A DNA stretch of 64,000 bases from a virus: positions 280,890 through 344,889 of the IMG/VR virus record IMGVR_UViG_3300045988_179014. The stretch is one strand, 5' to 3'. The translations under genes and the position numbers were made by a program. Of this stretch, positions 60,922 through 64,000 are shown one piece after another. A model generated the notes under the pieces. That model was given only the letters and a program-made list of their open reading frames with translations. It did no database searches and had not been told where the DNA came from. Every line of letters starts with the position of its first letter. The first letter of the stretch is position 1.

Positions 60922-61171
60922 ACTTTTGAATTCTCCTCAAATTTCAAAATATTACACTATCAACTACATTCTATAGTTTTGTTAAGGACATTCTACACAT
61001 TTGTGAACACAATCACTGGTTCCTCCCACGTCATTTAATCAAACATATGGTTGAAATTACTTGGTTTTTGATAGATGGCATTAAATCAACATACGATACA
61101 GGCCCATCTGGTGTTGTAATTGTTGTCTGTGGTCGGATTCTACGCTATCCTAGACAGTAATATAACCATTA

Positions 61172-63334
61172 TTGTGTCCAGAATTGAGGCCCATCATGAA
61201 AACTGCTGCCACATCTGAAAACATCATCAAAACGAACCTTACTGGCCGTGTGGTGGACAGTAAAATCGCCACAGACAAAGTAGATGTGTTGATGGGATTA
61301 CTAATCAAAAACTACAACAACGCACCAATGGCGGTGTTGCGTGAATACGTGTCCAATGCATGGGACTCACACAAACTCGCGGGACAGAAACGTCCAGTTG
61401 AAGTTACCCTGCCCACAGAATTCAACCCAGTACTGAAAGTGCAGGATTGGGGAACCGGAATGTCACTGGAAGACATCCTAAATGTGTTTGTAAACTTGGC
61501 TGCATCCACAAAGTCTCATGATAACCAGCATATTGGCGGGTTCGGAATCGGTTCAAAATCAGCCCTAGCGATTGGTGAACAGTTCACTGTACGAACTGTG
61601 AAAAACAAGCTTCTAAATATCCTTGTTATGAATCGGTCTGTTGAAGGGATACAGTCTCAATTTGCTGTTGAGAACCAATTTGTGAATGAACCCAATGGGG
61701 CGACAATCACGATTCCTGTCGATAATCCCCAATCATTTCAATCTAATAAAATCACATCTGTAATAACTGGATGGTCCAAGAAAGATGTGATTTTTCTTGG
61801 AGCTGAACAGAATAACGAACATCTGGATTCTCGTATTGTGGATACATGGGTCGAATTGCCCCATGGCTACGTCAATCCTAAACTGTTTGGTGCAGTAGGT
61901 GATTTTGCCTCATTAGTGGGACATTCTGGAACAGCTTTGGTGGGTCCTGTTGCCTATCCGGTTGCATTGAATTGCAACACCAGTGTTTGGCTGAGACACA
62001 ATATGGCACTCGCACTTCCGATTGGCTCCATCGGTTTTCCGTCTTCACGTGAATTCATCGCATTGAGTGACCCACAGAATGCCAAAGTAGTTGATGAGTA
62101 TGCAGATGCTCTCATTCAGGAAATTGAATCATATTTCAATGATTTGGTACACAATGTTTCCACATTGAAAGAAGCGTTTCAACTACAATGCTCACTAGCT
62201 GCTCGATTGTTCAGAACTAATGTGCAATTGGATGGACGGATTATCCCCTCCATTGTTCCTATTGGTTCTGATGCCAGCAAAGACGTAGTTTTTAGAATGA
62301 AACATGATGCCTCTGGTCGTTCGCGCTCTAAACTACGTCTTGAAACCGATAAACGTTCTGTTGATGCAGAATCATTACTGCGAACTGGATTCAATCTCGT
62401 TGTCAATGACACAGGTACGAATCATGACAAAGTGCGGGAATTAATTCATGAAACAAAGATTTACGCCCCCAACGATAGCCTGAATTTCAATAAACCCTTG
62501 GTGGTAGTTGCTGAGAATCCGTCAGAATATGTACGCGCATTGGCTACTGATGTGCACAAGCTAAGCGATTTGATTCAAACAGTGAAACAGGCAAAAGCTA
62601 CTGTACCCAAAAACACGGCTTCTCGCTCTAAAACTCAATCTCTGGGAATGGATGCTCGTAAAGTCAAAATTCGCGGGAAGGGTATTCGTCGTGATGAGGC
62701 GCCATTGTCGGAGATTGCGTCCATTTTGACAGAACACAATGCTTTGAATGACATTGTTGTTTTGCATGATGGGGACGACGATGACGCTCACTTCTACCAC
62801 CATTGGAAAATTCTGTCACAATTTTTCAAAACAGCTCCTATAGTCATAATTGTCCCCAAACGTGCCAAAACGATTGACAAGTACGTTGAGTATTTCCCTG
62901 GTGCGAAAACAGCGGCCACATTTGGGAATGAAGGTTTGATTGGTTTGGTGGTGGAACATTTCAACAAGATGGACGAGGAGTCCAAAATCATGTTGAAAAC
63001 CATACTACGTCTACCAATTACAGTGATTATGTCTCTTAGAAACCTTGTAGAATACCACGCTTTTGCCAAACATGTGACCAATAAAGAGTTGCTGGAACGT
63101 TTCAAAAAAGTGTACAGCCAACATAGTGCTTTCATTCATTTGATTTCTCATGCATTCTGGTTTGAACTGCTACGCAACAAATTGCAGATTGGACCTTTTG
63201 TACGAGTTTTTGGCATGCTGAGTTTGATTAACACATGGGAGATGAGACAACCCTATAATATGTCTGTTATAGCTGATTATTTCAACAGTGAAGCAGACAA
63301 AATCATGCCACTGTTTGAAGAACCTGAATCATGA
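61172..63334 (+). CDS. GHKL/Bergerat-fold ATPase (HSP90/MORC-like) large protein
   Basis: Bergerat motifs I LREYVSNAWDSH (E..NA.D), II VQDWGTGMS (D.G.GM) and III GGFGIGSKSA (G.G.G) lie in the N-terminal 130 aa. The remaining roughly 550 aa is unassigned. The likely start is MKTAATSE at 61196. Confidence 0.6.
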   Translation: MCPELRPIMKTAATSENIIKTNLTGRVVDSKIATDKVDVLMGLLIKNYNNAPMAVLREYVSNAWDSHKLAGQKRPVEVTLPTEFNPVLKVQDWGTGMSLEDILNVFVNLAASTKSHDNQHIGGFGIGSKSALAIGEQFTVRTVKNKLLNILVMNRSVEGIQSQFAVENQFVNEPNGATITIPVDNPQSFQSNKITSVITGWSKKDVIFLGAEQNNEHLDSRIVDTWVELPHGYVNPKLFGAVGDFASLVGHSGTALVGPVAYPVALNCNTSVWLRHNMALALPIGSIGFPSSREFIALSDPQNAKVVDEYADALIQEIESYFNDLVHNVSTLKEAFQLQCSLAARLFRTNVQLDGRIIPSIVPIGSDASKDVVFRMKHDASGRSRSKLRLETDKRSVDAESLLRTGFNLVVNDTGTNHDKVRELIHETKIYAPNDSLNFNKPLVVVAENPSEYVRALATDVHKLSDLIQTVKQAKATVPKNTASRSKTQSLGMDARKVKIRGKGIRRDEAPLSEIASILTEHNALNDIVVLHDGDDDDAHFYHHWKILSQFFKTAPIVIIVPKRAKTIDKYVEYFPGAKTAATFGNEGLIGLVVEHFNKMDEESKIMLKTILRLPITVIMSLRNLVEYHAFAKHVTNKELLERFKKVYSQHSAFIHLISHAFWFELLRNKLQIGPFVRVFGMLSLINTWEMRQPYNMSVIADYFNSEADKIMPLFEEPES

Positions 63335-63534
63335 CACAAATCAGAAAATCATGTTTGATAAGCATGTTTTATCAACATGGAATAAAGATGTTCTGATTTC
63401 ATGACGAAGAATGGTGTCAGTTTCACAGGGGCAATGTGCAGGTCATGATTGTTGAACCTAGCGTGTGTGAAGCAGCTGACCCATTAGATAGAATGACAAC
63501 ACCCCCTTAAACGAGAGACGAAAAGAGCTTCATC

Positions 63535-63702
63535 ATGGAAAATCAAGAATGCCCAGTGTGTCACAATCCTGCTTTGTTCACTGTGGATGGTGCTTGTAAT
63601 CGGCCTTGTGGTCTTTGCACCTCAGAGAATGACCACACAACCGTCAAAACAACTGATACAACCCCTCATGTCAACACTGCGTTTTTAGTGCCTCTTGTGT
63701 AA
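63535..63702 (+). CDS. Small zinc-ribbon ORF (55 aa)
   Basis: It is not in the ORF track because it is under 60 aa. It starts MENQECPVCHNPALFTVDGACNRPCGLC, with two CxxC-like pairs. Confidence 0.3.
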   Translation: MENQECPVCHNPALFTVDGACNRPCGLCTSENDHTTVKTTDTTPHVNTAFLVPLV

Positions 63703-63816
63703 TTTGGTTCAGTAACAACATTGAGCATGATGTATTCACAAAACATGTATACATTGGGAATAAATTTGACTTCTGGTAAATTACACTCTTCCGTTGTAGA
63801 GAGAGGAGCGGGGTAA

Positions 63817-63969
63817 TGGCATTCAAGAAAGTTTTTGCAGGGAACGTATCTGATTATCCTGGTGACGAATGGGACATAGAGTATTGGCATCCCTCAAATA
63901 CCAAGAACAGACTAATCCAACTTCCTGATTATTTTAATAACAGCTATGAATTTGTCAGAATTGGCTGAT
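63817..63969 (+). CDS. Small hypothetical ORF (50 aa)
   Basis: It has a strong SD GAGAGGAG 7 nt upstream of the ATG. It begins MAFKKVFAGNVSDYPGDEWDIEYWHP. Confidence 0.35.
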
Positions 63970-64000
63970 AGGGGGCAGGATTTTCGAGTATGGGGTTTTC

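Overview
This window has about 40% GC and looks like chromosomal DNA from a low-GC actinobacterium. The evidence is a mycobacterial-type NucS/EndoMS, a Rip1/RseP site-2 protease, TrxB, NrdI, a PknB-like kinase, PP2C and an M23 peptidase. Every credible gene from about 1.6 kb to 44 kb is on the minus strand. The main feature is a roughly 19-kb head-to-tail array of 16 paralogous genes (22256-41186, mostly 350-417 aa, two disrupted and one short divergent copy). I cannot place this family in any known family or function. The array runs, without a strand change and with overlapping or tightly spaced junctions, into genes for a PP2C phosphatase, a secreted M23 peptidase and a membrane-anchored Ser/Thr kinase. 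Upstream of it are a TerY-like vWA protein and a zinc-ribbon-repeat protein paired with a DUF559/Vsr-like nuclease. Together this resembles a TerY-P-type triad (vWA + PP2C + kinase) bracketing a greatly expanded gene family. Other notable items are listed here. First, a fused nuclease-like (T5orf172)/SF2-helicase/N6-adenine-methyltransferase enzyme of Type ISP-like layout that is split over two overlapping ORFs (2736-7078). Second, three copies of a roughly 150-bp intergenic repeat. Third, a 2-kb ORF-free A+C-skewed region exactly where gene orientation switches from minus to plus (47442-49426). Fourth, a plus-strand cluster of unknowns with a PTH2-like protein, a four-HTH regulator, a membrane-anchored DUF1524/HNH nuclease, and a 720-aa GHKL ATPase followed by a small zinc-ribbon ORF. 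I found no rRNA, tRNA, CRISPR, transposase or integrase. All functional calls rest on motifs read by eye and no database search was run.
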